From IMG/VR virus record IMGVR_UViG_3300020594_000001, positions 45,600-109,599 of that record: DNA of 64,000 bases. One strand, written 5' to 3'. The number at the start of each line of letters is the position of its first letter. Position 1 is the stretch's first letter. The notes beneath the pieces are model-generated. The model was not told the origin of the DNA. It ran no database searches and saw only the letters and a list, made by a program, of their open reading frames with translations. The translations under genes and the position numbers were made by a program. Shown here in pieces: positions 51,988 to 61,425 of the stretch. The DNA comes from a virus. Its lineage: Duplodnaviria; Heunggongvirae; Uroviricota; Caudoviricetes.

Positions 51988-52758
51988 CTAGGCTGCGCGC
52001 TGACGCATCGCTTCCATGATTGCCTCTTTCTGCGCCTTCAGTTCGAGCACTCGCACCTGCCCTTCTTTCTCTTTGCGGCGATCGCGCGCCACTTCAAGCA
52101 GCATGTCTTTGCGCTGATCCATGGCGCGCTCAGCGATATCGGCCAGTTTCCAGATGCTGTGCGCGTCGATCAGCTTTTGCTGCGCTGCAGCGTAGCGCGG
52201 GTCGGAGGTTACTTGGCTTTTCAGCTGGGCTTCGGTAGTCTTCTTGCCCTCGTCGTTCGCCTTGTTGCGGTAGTGCGCGTCCAGCTGTGCCTCAAGAATC
52301 TCGACCTGGCTCTTAACCCGGTCATACTGGCGACGCGCATTGACCGTCTGCTCTGCATAGTGCACGTAGAGGGCGGCGTGCTTGATCATGTCGTTGTCCA
52401 GGTCTGTCGGGCTGATCGCTACGTCCCGCTTAAGCTCGCTGGCATCGACGTAGGATTTCAGAGCGGTGCCATCCTTCTGCTCGACAGCTTTGCCGGTGTG
52501 GATGGTGGGCTCTTCAGCAGTTGCCTTTTCCCGCTCTTGCTGGGCAGCAAGTTTGGCTTTCTCCTGCAGCAGTTCCTCTTCGCGCTCTCGGGCTTTCACC
52601 TCTGCAGCAACTTCGAGCGCTTTCGCGTCTTCTGCCGGAGGCACTTCGACTGCCGCAGCCGTGGGCGTTTCCGCAGTGGTGTCGCTGCCCTTTATATGGG
52701 CGTCAACGCTGGACAGAAATTCGTCCAGTTCCATGTCAATATCCAGATTCTCGCTCAT
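51988..52758 (-). CDS. acidic coiled-coil protein, 256 aa
   Basis: Glu/Lys/Ala-rich heptad-like sequence. Confidence 0.4.
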   Translation of the reverse strand: MSENLDIDMELDEFLSSVDAHIKGSDTTAETPTAAAVEVPPAEDAKALEVAAEVKAREREEELLQEKAKLAAQQEREKATAEEPTIHTGKAVEQKDGTALKSYVDASELKRDVAISPTDLDNDMIKHAALYVHYAEQTVNARRQYDRVKSQVEILEAQLDAHYRNKANDEGKKTTEAQLKSQVTSDPRYAAAQQKLIDAHSIWKLADIAERAMDQRKDMLLEVARDRRKEKEGQVRVLELKAQKEAIMEAMRQRAA

Positions 52759-52766
52759 GCGATTCC

Positions 52767-55700
52767 TCAGTTGGTTAGTTCTGCGATTTGGGCGCAGGTT
52801 TGTTGAAGCAGCTTGATCTTGCTCGCGTCGAAGTAGATGGTGCTCGGATTCATTCCAAAGACGATGCTGGCGTCCAAGGCGGGATCGAAGATTGTCTTGC
52901 CCACTAACTCTGTGGGGTTACCCTTGGTCGACGGGGCAAAGTAGCGAATGGCATTACCACCCATGGCGACAATGACGGCGGGCTTGAGAATTTCAATTTC
53001 CCGAGCCAGATACTTTGAGCAACCATTGATTTGCTCTGTCGAAAGCACCTTCTGCTCTTTTGGTTTTACTGACTTCACCAGGGAAGTGTAGTAACCGTCG
53101 TTAGGACTGAGACCCGCGTCTTTGAGCGCCGCGCGAACCGCGTCACCAACGTCGCCCGACAGCATTTTTCCGTCTTGCGCTTCCTTCCAGTTGGGGGAGT
53201 CGAACACCATCATGAAGCGTGGCTTCTTACCCATGCTGGGCGTGGGGTGCTGCCCGCCAGACAACGAGCAACCGTCGCAAACACGCATTTCTCCGATGAT
53301 TTCTGCAATCTTCAGCTGAGCGATACGGTCGGCATTGAGCCCACGGTCCGCCTTCACTGCGTCAACGGTGTATCCCGGCATGAGTTCCAGGCGGTCTTTC
53401 AGTCGGTCAGGGTGCAGCGCAGGCAAGCCGTCGCCAAGCGATGCAAAAGCGCCCACCTTGCGTAGCACCTCTTTGTGGCGCACGTTGATTTTGCCCGCGA
53501 CGGTGCTCTTGGCGACCTCTTCAAACTGATCGAACGACTCGAAGGGTTTACCCTGGGCAGCGCGCACCTCAAGAATCTTCGCAGCCACGTTTACGCTGAT
53601 ACCCTTGATGGCCTGGAATGGCGCATAGAGTGTGCGTTCACCATCGATTGTGATTGTGTCGGACGACTTATTGATATCCGGTGGCAGCACGTCGATCCCG
53701 TGCGTCTTGGCGTCCATCATGATGGGCGCAAGCTTGTCGTCATCGTCGACCACCGACATAGACGCCGCATAGAACTCAGCTGGGTAATAGACCTTGAGCC
53801 ACATCATCTGATAGGAAATCAAGGTGTATGCGAACGCGTGGGACTTATTAAAGCAATACGCGGCAAAGCCCTCGATGTCGTTCCAAAGTGCCTGCGCATC
53901 AAGCTCACTCATGCCACTGGCGACTGCGCCATCGATGAACTGTTGGCCCATCGTTGCCATCTTGTCCTTGTCTTTCTTACCGATCGCTTTACGAAGCCCG
54001 TCAGCTTCTGCGCCGGTAAACCCGCAAAGGTCGACCGCGATTCGGGATACCTGCTCTTGGTAGACCGTAACCCCGAATGTTTCGCGCAGCGCGGGTTCGA
54101 CCAGCGGACTGATGTAGCTGGGCAGTTTCTTGCCTTGCTTAACTGCGATGTATTGATCCATCAGCCCCGCGTCGATTGGACCCGGACGAAACAGTGCTGT
54201 CGCGGCGGCGATATCCTCGAACGTCAGAGGCTCTAACACCGCCAAATCTTTCAGCAGCTTGCGCATGCCCGAGCCAGAAAACTGAAACACGCCCACCGTA
54301 TCGCCTCGACCAAATGCTTCAAGCACCTTACGATCGTCCAGCGGCAGCGCCAGCAGGTTGATCGTCTTATGATGGCGCTCTTTGATATAGCGACGGGCAT
54401 GCGCAAGCACGTCGAGCGTAGACAGACCCAGAATGTCCATCTTGACGAGGCCGAAGTCTTCAACCACGCTTTTATCCCAGTTCACCACCGGCAGCGCACC
54501 CTCTTGACGCTGCATCACCACCGCGCGGGTGTTGATGTCATCGTGCGCGACAATGACGCCCGCTGCGTGCTGCCCCAGGTTACGCATGTTCCCTTCGAGC
54601 GTCGTCGCATGGTTCCATATGACGGGATGCTCAGCCTTGAACTTTGCAATATCTGGCACGCTCGCCGCAGACTCTTCGAGCGGAAGCGAAACCCCGTGCT
54701 CCTTCTCCATTTGCTTGGAACACGAATATTCGTAGGGCTTCAGACCATGCACACGGGAGACGTCCCGAAGTGACGAAGCGGAGCCCAGGGTCGAATAGTT
54801 CGAAATGCCCGCGACTTTGGCGCGACCAAACCTGCCCACGATATACTCGACGACTTCGCCTCGTCGTGAGCTCATGAAGTCCATGTCCACGTCAGGCAGG
54901 TCGATACGGTCGGGATTGATGAAGCGTTCGAACAGAAGGCCAAACCGAATCGGGTCTAAGTCTGTAATGCCAAGCAGGTATGACACCAATGAGCCCGCAG
55001 CTGAACCGCGACCAGGGCCAACGATGACGTCTTGCGCTTTTGACCAACCGACAATCTCTTGAACAAGCAAGAAGTAGTTCGAGAACCCGAGGCGTCGCAG
55101 CACGCCAAGCTCATACGCCAAGCGCTCCTTATACCTCTGCATATCTTCGGGCGCGGGCTTGTGGCCCAGCACTTCACTACCAAAGCGTTTTACCCAGCCT
55201 TCTTTGCAGCGCTCTAGCAACGTCTTGAATGCGTCTTCAGCCATATGGGGCAGCGACGCAGGCATCTTCTCGAAGCGATAGAAGCACTGCTCGACAATCT
55301 GATCCATGGACGCGAAACTTTGCTTAACTTCATCGCCATTCATTCCGATACGGCGGGCGGTCGAAATCATTCGCGTCGCGAGCTCTTTGGGGTCATCGAA
55401 GCACCAATCCCGGGTAGCTGGCACAGGCAGCTGGGGAGAGCCCATGGTGTATGTTCCAGAGCTTGTGATGGCCCTGAGAACATCATGGCTTGCAGCTTGG
55501 TCGCTTGATGCATAAAAGCGCGGGTAGCCCGCAATCAGCGGTAGCCCACGACTGCGGGCGCATGCCAGCGCTTTGCGGTTGAGCGTGTCGAACAACATGC
55601 TCTGAACCGGCGTAATCTCGATATAGAGCGGGTGTTTCTCCGACAGCGCTTGGACGATTTCGCCTGCCTTGGGGTGATGAAACAGGCAGAATAGGTCACC

Positions 55701-56135
55701 CGTTGTGACAATCACGTCTTCAAGCGCCAGCACCTGTGAAAGCTCGGTGCGGGCATGGTAGTAAAACTGGTCAGCGCTGTTTGCCTTAGACAGCAAGCCC
55801 ATCAGCGACCGCAAACCCGTCTCGGTCTTTACGTAAACCTTGATTTGAAAAGAGTGGTTTCGAACCTCAACCGCGCCCTCTTTCTTCTTTTGCTGAGCGG
55901 TGGGCGGGCGATAAGTTGCGCTGTCATATACACGAAGCGTGCACCCAAGAACAGGGGTAATGTCGTGCTTCTTGCAAGCAGACGAGAATGCGGGCAAGCC
56001 CGATATCGTCATGGTGTCTGTGAGCGCGATCGATTTGAAGCCCAACTCTTTGGCGCGCTCAACCATCGGCACCACCTGCAAGATTGACTCCCCGACAGAG
56101 TGATCAGACCGAACAGACAGTGCATGTTGTAACAC
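52767..56135 (-). CDS. dnaE: DNA polymerase III alpha subunit (DnaE-type)
   Basis: N-terminal PHP domain and the palm region GPGRGSAAGSLVSYLLGITDLDPIRFGLLFERFINPDR; 1122 aa. Confidence 0.85.
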   Translation of the reverse strand: MLQHALSVRSDHSVGESILQVVPMVERAKELGFKSIALTDTMTISGLPAFSSACKKHDITPVLGCTLRVYDSATYRPPTAQQKKKEGAVEVRNHSFQIKVYVKTETGLRSLMGLLSKANSADQFYYHARTELSQVLALEDVIVTTGDLFCLFHHPKAGEIVQALSEKHPLYIEITPVQSMLFDTLNRKALACARSRGLPLIAGYPRFYASSDQAASHDVLRAITSSGTYTMGSPQLPVPATRDWCFDDPKELATRMISTARRIGMNGDEVKQSFASMDQIVEQCFYRFEKMPASLPHMAEDAFKTLLERCKEGWVKRFGSEVLGHKPAPEDMQRYKERLAYELGVLRRLGFSNYFLLVQEIVGWSKAQDVIVGPGRGSAAGSLVSYLLGITDLDPIRFGLLFERFINPDRIDLPDVDMDFMSSRRGEVVEYIVGRFGRAKVAGISNYSTLGSASSLRDVSRVHGLKPYEYSCSKQMEKEHGVSLPLEESAASVPDIAKFKAEHPVIWNHATTLEGNMRNLGQHAAGVIVAHDDINTRAVVMQRQEGALPVVNWDKSVVEDFGLVKMDILGLSTLDVLAHARRYIKERHHKTINLLALPLDDRKVLEAFGRGDTVGVFQFSGSGMRKLLKDLAVLEPLTFEDIAAATALFRPGPIDAGLMDQYIAVKQGKKLPSYISPLVEPALRETFGVTVYQEQVSRIAVDLCGFTGAEADGLRKAIGKKDKDKMATMGQQFIDGAVASGMSELDAQALWNDIEGFAAYCFNKSHAFAYTLISYQMMWLKVYYPAEFYAASMSVVDDDDKLAPIMMDAKTHGIDVLPPDINKSSDTITIDGERTLYAPFQAIKGISVNVAAKILEVRAAQGKPFESFDQFEEVAKSTVAGKINVRHKEVLRKVGAFASLGDGLPALHPDRLKDRLELMPGYTVDAVKADRGLNADRIAQLKIAEIIGEMRVCDGCSLSGGQHPTPSMGKKPRFMMVFDSPNWKEAQDGKMLSGDVGDAVRAALKDAGLSPNDGYYTSLVKSVKPKEQKVLSTEQINGCSKYLAREIEILKPAVIVAMGGNAIRYFAPSTKGNPTELVGKTIFDPALDASIVFGMNPSTIYFDASKIKLLQQTCAQIAELTN

Positions 56136-56145
56136 CTATAACCCC

Positions 56146-56772
56146 TTATGATTCGTTGTGGTAATACAGCTTTGTAGTATTGCTATCGATGCGAGGATTG
56201 AGCGTCATCAAGCCCGCAGCGTCTTCGACGCCTATCCCAAGCTCTTTGAAAACGCGCCAGATCAATGACGCCTGGACCGACGCTGAGCTCGATGCCCAGC
56301 CTAGGGCAGATTGGAGCGCTGCCTTCGCTTGTGCCTTGGAAACAGGAACACGGTTGGACAGCAGCAGATACATCGTGCTGGCGGTGCGTTGGCTGTCATT
56401 TGGGAATGGGTTCTCGCCATTGGCAAGCGCCTGGGCAATGAAAGTCTCTTTCCTGAACATTGCCCGCATCATCTTGCCCACCGCTGCAGGAACGCTGTCG
56501 ATCAGCGCTTTCTGTGTGGGCGTCGGTGCCCAGCGCGCGCGGGTCGCCCGCTCGACTTTCACCTCAAGAGGTCTGGGCTGCGCAACGCGTTCGACCGGGT
56601 CATTAACCGCGACCATTGTGCTGAAGGTCAGAATGAGCTCTGGATCGCCAATCCTCGATAGGACGGTGCGAGACACCGACACACACGCATTTGCGCTGGC
56701 GCATGTGTTGCATTTGGGCGACCGCACGCTAAACACGCTGGGAATGCCAAAGCACCCCGGTTGCCTAAGCAT
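56146..56772 (-). CDS. hypothetical protein with N-terminal Cys cluster; candidate anti-sigma partner
   Basis: Cys cluster CFG...KCNTCASANAC. It overlaps the sigma factor stop by 8 nt, suggesting translational coupling. Confidence 0.3.
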   Translation of the reverse strand: MLRQPGCFGIPSVFSVRSPKCNTCASANACVSVSRTVLSRIGDPELILTFSTMVAVNDPVERVAQPRPLEVKVERATRARWAPTPTQKALIDSVPAAVGKMMRAMFRKETFIAQALANGENPFPNDSQRTASTMYLLLSNRVPVSKAQAKAALQSALGWASSSASVQASLIWRVFKELGIGVEDAAGLMTLNPRIDSNTTKLYYHNES

Positions 56773-57448
56773 GAATCTTCACCCCCAACACGGTGTCGAA
56801 CTCCTGCGCGATGCCGCGCATTTGCTCGCGGGAATAGCCTAGGTAACGCCCGATAAGACGAACCGACAGCTTTTCGCTCGGATTGCGACGCTTAGCGCCA
56901 CCCGCAATGTGCTTGTGAATGGCAGCGAGATATTCTTCGTGCGCGTCCATAACCGCCTGGGTCGGGGCCATGATTTCACGAATGATGCGCCGGGCCTCTG
57001 CCGATAGGCACCTAATTCGCTCTGAAATTTCGACGCTACGCACTGCCAACTGCTCGACGCTCAGCGTGGTGTCGGCCAGGTATTGCTCGGGGGAAAACTC
57101 GTCTTCGTCGTCCTCCCCAGACATTTCGCTAAAAAGCATCACCCCATGCAGGGCTCGCTCTTCGATGCGCTTGTTGACATAGCGGTTCACGTTGTTAAGC
57201 ACCGCCCGCCCCATGTAAGCGCTGAATGTGATGCCCAGGCCAGGCTTATAGGTGCGCAGTGCCTCAGCGTAAGAAAGACACGCCTCTTGGAACAAGTCTT
57301 CGTATTGAATGTTGGTCTTTGTCGCAAGAACCCGCGTGTGGATGGTCCTGGCGAGCTTGTGGATTAAGCCTTTCTGGGCTTCGAAGCTGGTGTCAAAACC
57401 ACGCCCCACCCCGGGGCGTGATCCTGATTGTTGAAGTTGAGTGCTCAT
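56765..57448 (-). CDS. sigma-70 family RNA polymerase sigma factor (regions 2 and 4)
   Basis: Region 2-like EDLFQEACLSYAEALRTYKPGLGITFSAYMGRAVLNNV and a C-terminal HTH LSVRLIGRYLGYSREQMRGIAQ. Confidence 0.5.
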   Translation of the reverse strand: MSTQLQQSGSRPGVGRGFDTSFEAQKGLIHKLARTIHTRVLATKTNIQYEDLFQEACLSYAEALRTYKPGLGITFSAYMGRAVLNNVNRYVNKRIEERALHGVMLFSEMSGEDDEDEFSPEQYLADTTLSVEQLAVRSVEISERIRCLSAEARRIIREIMAPTQAVMDAHEEYLAAIHKHIAGGAKRRNPSEKLSVRLIGRYLGYSREQMRGIAQEFDTVLGVKIHA

Positions 57449-57465
57449 GAGGGCTCGATGAAGGG

Positions 57466-58629
57466 TTAGCCAAAAATGCGCGCAGCGACAGCGTCGACAG
57501 CTTCCTTATCCACGCGGGACAGTTTGTTGGCAAAGCAGACCGCGAGTCCTGCGCGGTAGCTACCCTTCATGAGACCGATACGCGATGCTGCGATCAGCGT
57601 GCGCGGGCTAATCGGGGCGCTGATCTTTGCGCCTTCGAACTGCTCGCGAACCCGGTTAGCGAAATCGACCATCTTCTTGGCGTCCGCCAGGGCGATGCCG
57701 CCCTGCTTGACCAGAATCTGCTCTTCGCGATCGGGGGCCATATACTTCATTTCCAGCACCATATGGAAACGGTCGTAGTTGGCGGCGTTCTGGATATTGG
57801 TGCCCTGATACAGCCCGGTTTCGTCGCCCGAGCCGTTGGTGTTGCCGGTCGCCACGAAGCGAAAGTTCGGGTGTGGGCGAATGATCCGGTTGGCAGCGTC
57901 CGCCTCTTTGATGACCAGGGGCTTTCCCTCAAGCACGGGCTGATACACTGCCAGCACCGATGGCAACGCGAAATCGTATTCGTCTGCCAGATACACCCAG
58001 CCGTTTTTCATGGCTACCGCCAAGGGGCCAAGCTCGAAGATTGTTTCGCCAGCGCGAGCGGTCCATTGGCCGACGATATGGGATTCTTCGGTGTTCAAGG
58101 TATGCTGAACACGAATCAGCGGTCGCTGGGTGCGGGCCGCGACTTGCTCGACCGCTGCAGTCTTGCCTACGCCCGCGTGGCCCCACGAATAGAGGGGGAT
58201 GCCAATTTCGAACGCCATCAGCATGTTGCGCAGCGTTTCGTTGTCGAACACGTAGTTCTTGTCGATGTCCGGTATCATTTCTGCGTCGTCGCCTCGATCG
58301 AAGACGGTGACAGGAATGGGCTCGCCGCGCTTGTTCAGAGCAGTCTTGTCGTCGCCCAGGTCAAACAGCACATGCATGGGCTGGCGGGTTACACCGCCCA
58401 CACTGGTCGTCATTTCCGTAACGGTGCTGGCCGCGCCCTCTTCCTTTGTCGCCCCGTCTTTAAGCGCTTGGCGACGTGCAATCTCTTCTTGCGCCTCACT
58501 GCTGAGCAATTCAGCGCCCGGGTAGGTGTCTTTGTATTCCTGCAGTGAGACCTCGGGATGCTCCTTCCTCAAGTGCGCCGAAATGACGTGGACCTTGGCA
58601 CCACAGATTTTGCAATCGATTTGAGACAT
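57466..58629 (-). CDS. MoxR/CobS-like AAA+ ATPase with N-terminal zinc ribbon
   Basis: Walker A GHAGVGKTAA and Walker B WVYLADE; N-terminal CKICG...H..H. Confidence 0.6.
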   Translation of the reverse strand: MSQIDCKICGAKVHVISAHLRKEHPEVSLQEYKDTYPGAELLSSEAQEEIARRQALKDGATKEEGAASTVTEMTTSVGGVTRQPMHVLFDLGDDKTALNKRGEPIPVTVFDRGDDAEMIPDIDKNYVFDNETLRNMLMAFEIGIPLYSWGHAGVGKTAAVEQVAARTQRPLIRVQHTLNTEESHIVGQWTARAGETIFELGPLAVAMKNGWVYLADEYDFALPSVLAVYQPVLEGKPLVIKEADAANRIIRPHPNFRFVATGNTNGSGDETGLYQGTNIQNAANYDRFHMVLEMKYMAPDREEQILVKQGGIALADAKKMVDFANRVREQFEGAKISAPISPRTLIAASRIGLMKGSYRAGLAVCFANKLSRVDKEAVDAVAARIFG

Positions 58630-58754
58630 GTTTGCTCCGTAAAAATAGCGTGAGCGCTCACTTACAATCTTTCTTATAGTAAACGCTTACTTCAAGACGT
58701 GGATATTATGCAGCAAAACCGAATTTGGAGATAGTGCTTACTCCAAATATTGGG

Positions 58755-60683
58755 CTAATTTTTCACAAGCAGCTTTTTGATTTCCCGTATCACTGTCCCG
58801 GGGAGGTCACTAACGTTATTTAACGTCACGCACTTCGGATAGTATTTCTTGGGGTCGCTGGTCTGAATGCCGATGCCCAAGACCTCGATTCCACCCTTCT
58901 CTGCATCCTTGACGGCACCCTTGAGGTGGGCGTGTAAAAGACCACTGTCATGGGCGCATGCGGGCTTGCCATCAGAAAGAACCATCAGTATCTTTCGTTT
59001 CTCGCGGCGCTGCGATAAGCGGGTTGCCGCAATCTGCACGCACTCGCCATCGACGTTATTGCGCAACAGTCCGTGCTGGTAAGAACGGTTGCCCAGATAA
59101 GCCAGCCGGTTCTTCACTGTTGGCGTCACACGCTCGGCAAAACCCTTAATAATGGGCATATTCAACGCTTCATACCGCGCATACGTAACGCCCAAGCGTC
59201 GGGCTTCCGAATGGGCTTCAGCACTAAAATCCCGCCCCGTGCTGAAGCCCAACACCTCAGTCGAGATTCTTATTCGTTCCAGCACAGAAGCCAGCGCATA
59301 AGCGGTTTCCGAAGCAACTCGAATGCGGTTGTTAGACGTCATCGAGCCAGAGCAATCGATCAACAGCGTCACCGCGACATCGTTTGCGGTGTGTTCATGC
59401 TTGCGTCGAAACGCTCGCTCATCGTTGAACGAGGTCAGGCGCGCCAGAGCGGTGGCGTTGATGCGCCCTGAGCGATGGCCTGCAGTCCAGATTGACTTGC
59501 TCATAGAGGCAATGGCGCGCTCCAGGTCTTTTTGCAGCGGACCCACCATATGGTCAACCCGATCCTGCATGTCTTTGACGCTCGCCTCGTGGAACTCGCC
59601 CGCATCAAGCGGCTCGATTTTGTCGTGATCGGTCGTCCACACTAGATACTTCGCATCACGCGCAGCGCGCGCGCTGACATTGCTCAGCACTTCGTCCAGC
59701 TTCTTATCAAAGCCTGAAAGCTCTGATGAGTCGGACAGTTTTTTCTTTGGCTTCTCTGACGGTTTTTCATCTTCGCCCGGCTTCTCGTCACCTTCAGAGC
59801 CTTCGTCGTCGTCGTCAGTGCTTTCGTCGCTTTCGTCAGAATCGTCGCTTTCGTCGCTTTCGTCAGAATCGTCAGAGTTGTCTTCCCCGTCCGTTGACTC
59901 CGCTTCTTCAGATTCCAAGTCTTCAGATTCCAAGTCTTCAGATTCCGGGGCCTCCTTTTCGCGCTCTTTCTCGCCACCCTTGGCAGATTTTTTCTTAGAC
60001 TTGTTGCCCTTGGCCGTCTTCTTGCTCTCGCTGGGCGAATCGCCATCAGCGTCGCCCTCTTCAGAGTCTTGATCGAGAAGCTTTGCTGCGTGCTTGGCTA
60101 CCCGTAAAGCATCGGCGCTGGAAGCGATCTTTGGAAGCTCGCGGGTCAAGTATTCGCCTACCTTGGACATCGGCTCTTCTACAATCGACCACTTGTCCTC
60201 CATGTAGTCTTTATAGATGGCCTGCCCCGCCAGCGCACGCACAGCAGGGACCATCACCGCCCCCACGACATCTTCGCCGCCTTCTGCAATTTTCTTGTCT
60301 GTATAGTTTTGCAGAAAGAAGCGACCGACGCTGGAAAGGTGATTTCCACTACCAGGGAATACCTCAGCCATCCTCCGCTCTACGAAGGTGTCTTCGATCA
60401 GGTTGTGTAAACCAGCAACACCCTGCTTACTGGCTTGATCAATAACGCTTACGTCTGAAAAGAGCGCGTGACCGACCTCATGGTCTAAGAACCCTTCGAT
60501 GGCATCCAAGAATTCTTGCGACGCGTCATCAGGGATATAGGGAATATTGATAAGCTCAATTTCCCCCGACCTTGTGTATTTTGTATATGCTTTACTACCT
60601 TGCTGCGTTACCTTTATTTTTTTCCGCGCCAGCATAGCCACTACCGCACTGACTTTTTCACGCACCAAGATAGATTTTTTCAT
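58755..60683 (-). CDS. CobT-like vWA-domain protein with long acidic Ser/Asp/Glu repeat linker
   Basis: C-terminal vWA MIDAS VTLLIDCSGSM, and a DSDESDESDDSDESDES / LESEDLESEDLESEE low-complexity region. Confidence 0.55.
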   Translation of the reverse strand: MKKSILVREKVSAVVAMLARKKIKVTQQGSKAYTKYTRSGEIELINIPYIPDDASQEFLDAIEGFLDHEVGHALFSDVSVIDQASKQGVAGLHNLIEDTFVERRMAEVFPGSGNHLSSVGRFFLQNYTDKKIAEGGEDVVGAVMVPAVRALAGQAIYKDYMEDKWSIVEEPMSKVGEYLTRELPKIASSADALRVAKHAAKLLDQDSEEGDADGDSPSESKKTAKGNKSKKKSAKGGEKEREKEAPESEDLESEDLESEEAESTDGEDNSDDSDESDESDDSDESDESTDDDDEGSEGDEKPGEDEKPSEKPKKKLSDSSELSGFDKKLDEVLSNVSARAARDAKYLVWTTDHDKIEPLDAGEFHEASVKDMQDRVDHMVGPLQKDLERAIASMSKSIWTAGHRSGRINATALARLTSFNDERAFRRKHEHTANDVAVTLLIDCSGSMTSNNRIRVASETAYALASVLERIRISTEVLGFSTGRDFSAEAHSEARRLGVTYARYEALNMPIIKGFAERVTPTVKNRLAYLGNRSYQHGLLRNNVDGECVQIAATRLSQRREKRKILMVLSDGKPACAHDSGLLHAHLKGAVKDAEKGGIEVLGIGIQTSDPKKYYPKCVTLNNVSDLPGTVIREIKKLLVKN

Positions 60684-60719
60684 TGTGAACTCAAAGCTTG
60701 ATTAACGAATAAACGTAGT

Positions 60720-60935
60720 CTATGAGTTAAGTGTAGGAACATCCCACTTACTAATAATGGCTGCAGAACCTAACGCGTCGAACATTACATAGAAGTCTTC
60801 GTTGGCGGCGGTTCGACACGGAACGAAGGCAGTGGAACCCGCATACACGGGTTGCCTGCTGCTGTCTTCGAACGCTTGAACAAACTCTGCCGCTACATCA
60901 TGGCTAACTGCTTGAATAAACACAAATGACTCCAA
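60720..60935 (-). CDS. hypothetical protein, 71 aa
   Basis: It is the last gene of the minus-strand array. A divergent motif pair lies upstream. Confidence 0.4.
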   Translation of the reverse strand: MESFVFIQAVSHDVAAEFVQAFEDSSRQPVYAGSTAFVPCRTAANEDFYVMFDALGSAAIISKWDVPTLNS

Positions 60936-61003
60936 AGGTTAAAGGGACTGCTGAAAGTGTAGTAAGACAAAATTAACAATTCTTTGGCAAATATGTTGGA
61001 CAA

Positions 61004-61046
61004 TTTATAGTTAGCGCTTGCTTTATCAAGTAAGCACTAACTATAC
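61004..61046. promoter_or_regulatory. divergent pair of the phage motif (TATAGTTAGCGCTTGC / GTAAGCACTAACTATA)
   Basis: It sits between the divergently transcribed genes 60720..60935 (-) and 61091..61420 (+). Confidence 0.5.
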
Positions 61047-61090
61047 TTCTACTACGTCATTCGACATGACTTTTTTATGGGAAGCCACCC

Positions 61091-61420
61091 ATGGCTTCCA
61101 GGGGAGCGCTTATGGCAAGTAAGAAAGGGGCTAACGTCCCGACCGCCGCTGACATCCTCAGCGAGGCGATAAAAAACTCGGGCGATAAGCTCAGCAGTGT
61201 GGGCCAAGCAATGGGCTTCAAAAGCCACTCTGCCATCTGGCAATATTGCAAGGGCACAACCGGCATACCGATATCAACAGCTATCAAACTTGGGCTCGCA
61301 GCCGGTATGACGCATGAGCAAGCCCAGGAATTCTTTCTCATCAACATGCGGGAACGTGACCCAGAATTATATGCAGCTGTAACAACTGTAATAAATTCTG
61401 CCATCGCGGCGCGGGGCTGA
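61091..61420 (+). CDS. helix-turn-helix transcriptional regulator (Cro/CI-like)
   Basis: LSSVGQAMGFKSHSAIWQYCKG resembles an XRE-type HTH. It is plus-strand, next to the int/xis module. Confidence 0.5.
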   Translation: MASRGALMASKKGANVPTAADILSEAIKNSGDKLSSVGQAMGFKSHSAIWQYCKGTTGIPISTAIKLGLAAGMTHEQAQEFFLINMRERDPELYAAVTTVINSAIAARG

Positions 61421-61425
61421 TTATA

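Noticed and set aside
43608-58548. Long plus-strand ORFs antisense to sbcC (43608..44285, 43954..44598), dnaE (53475..54236), the SSB-like gene (50955..51959), 51988..52758 (51943..52806), the FEN gene (50160..50453) and the CobS gene (57763..58548)
   Set aside because: These are shadow ORFs opposite well-supported minus-strand genes in GC-rich coding sequence. They have no independent start or RBS support.
59690-60010. Tandem short DNA repeats (GAATCGTCGCTTTCGTCGCTTTCGTCA..., CTTCAGATTCCAAGT...) that could look like a repeat array
   Set aside because: They lie inside the long minus-strand ORF 58755..60683 and encode an acidic low-complexity DSDESDES/LESEDLESED linker. They have no spacer-repeat architecture. 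There is no CRISPR array and there are no cas genes in the window.
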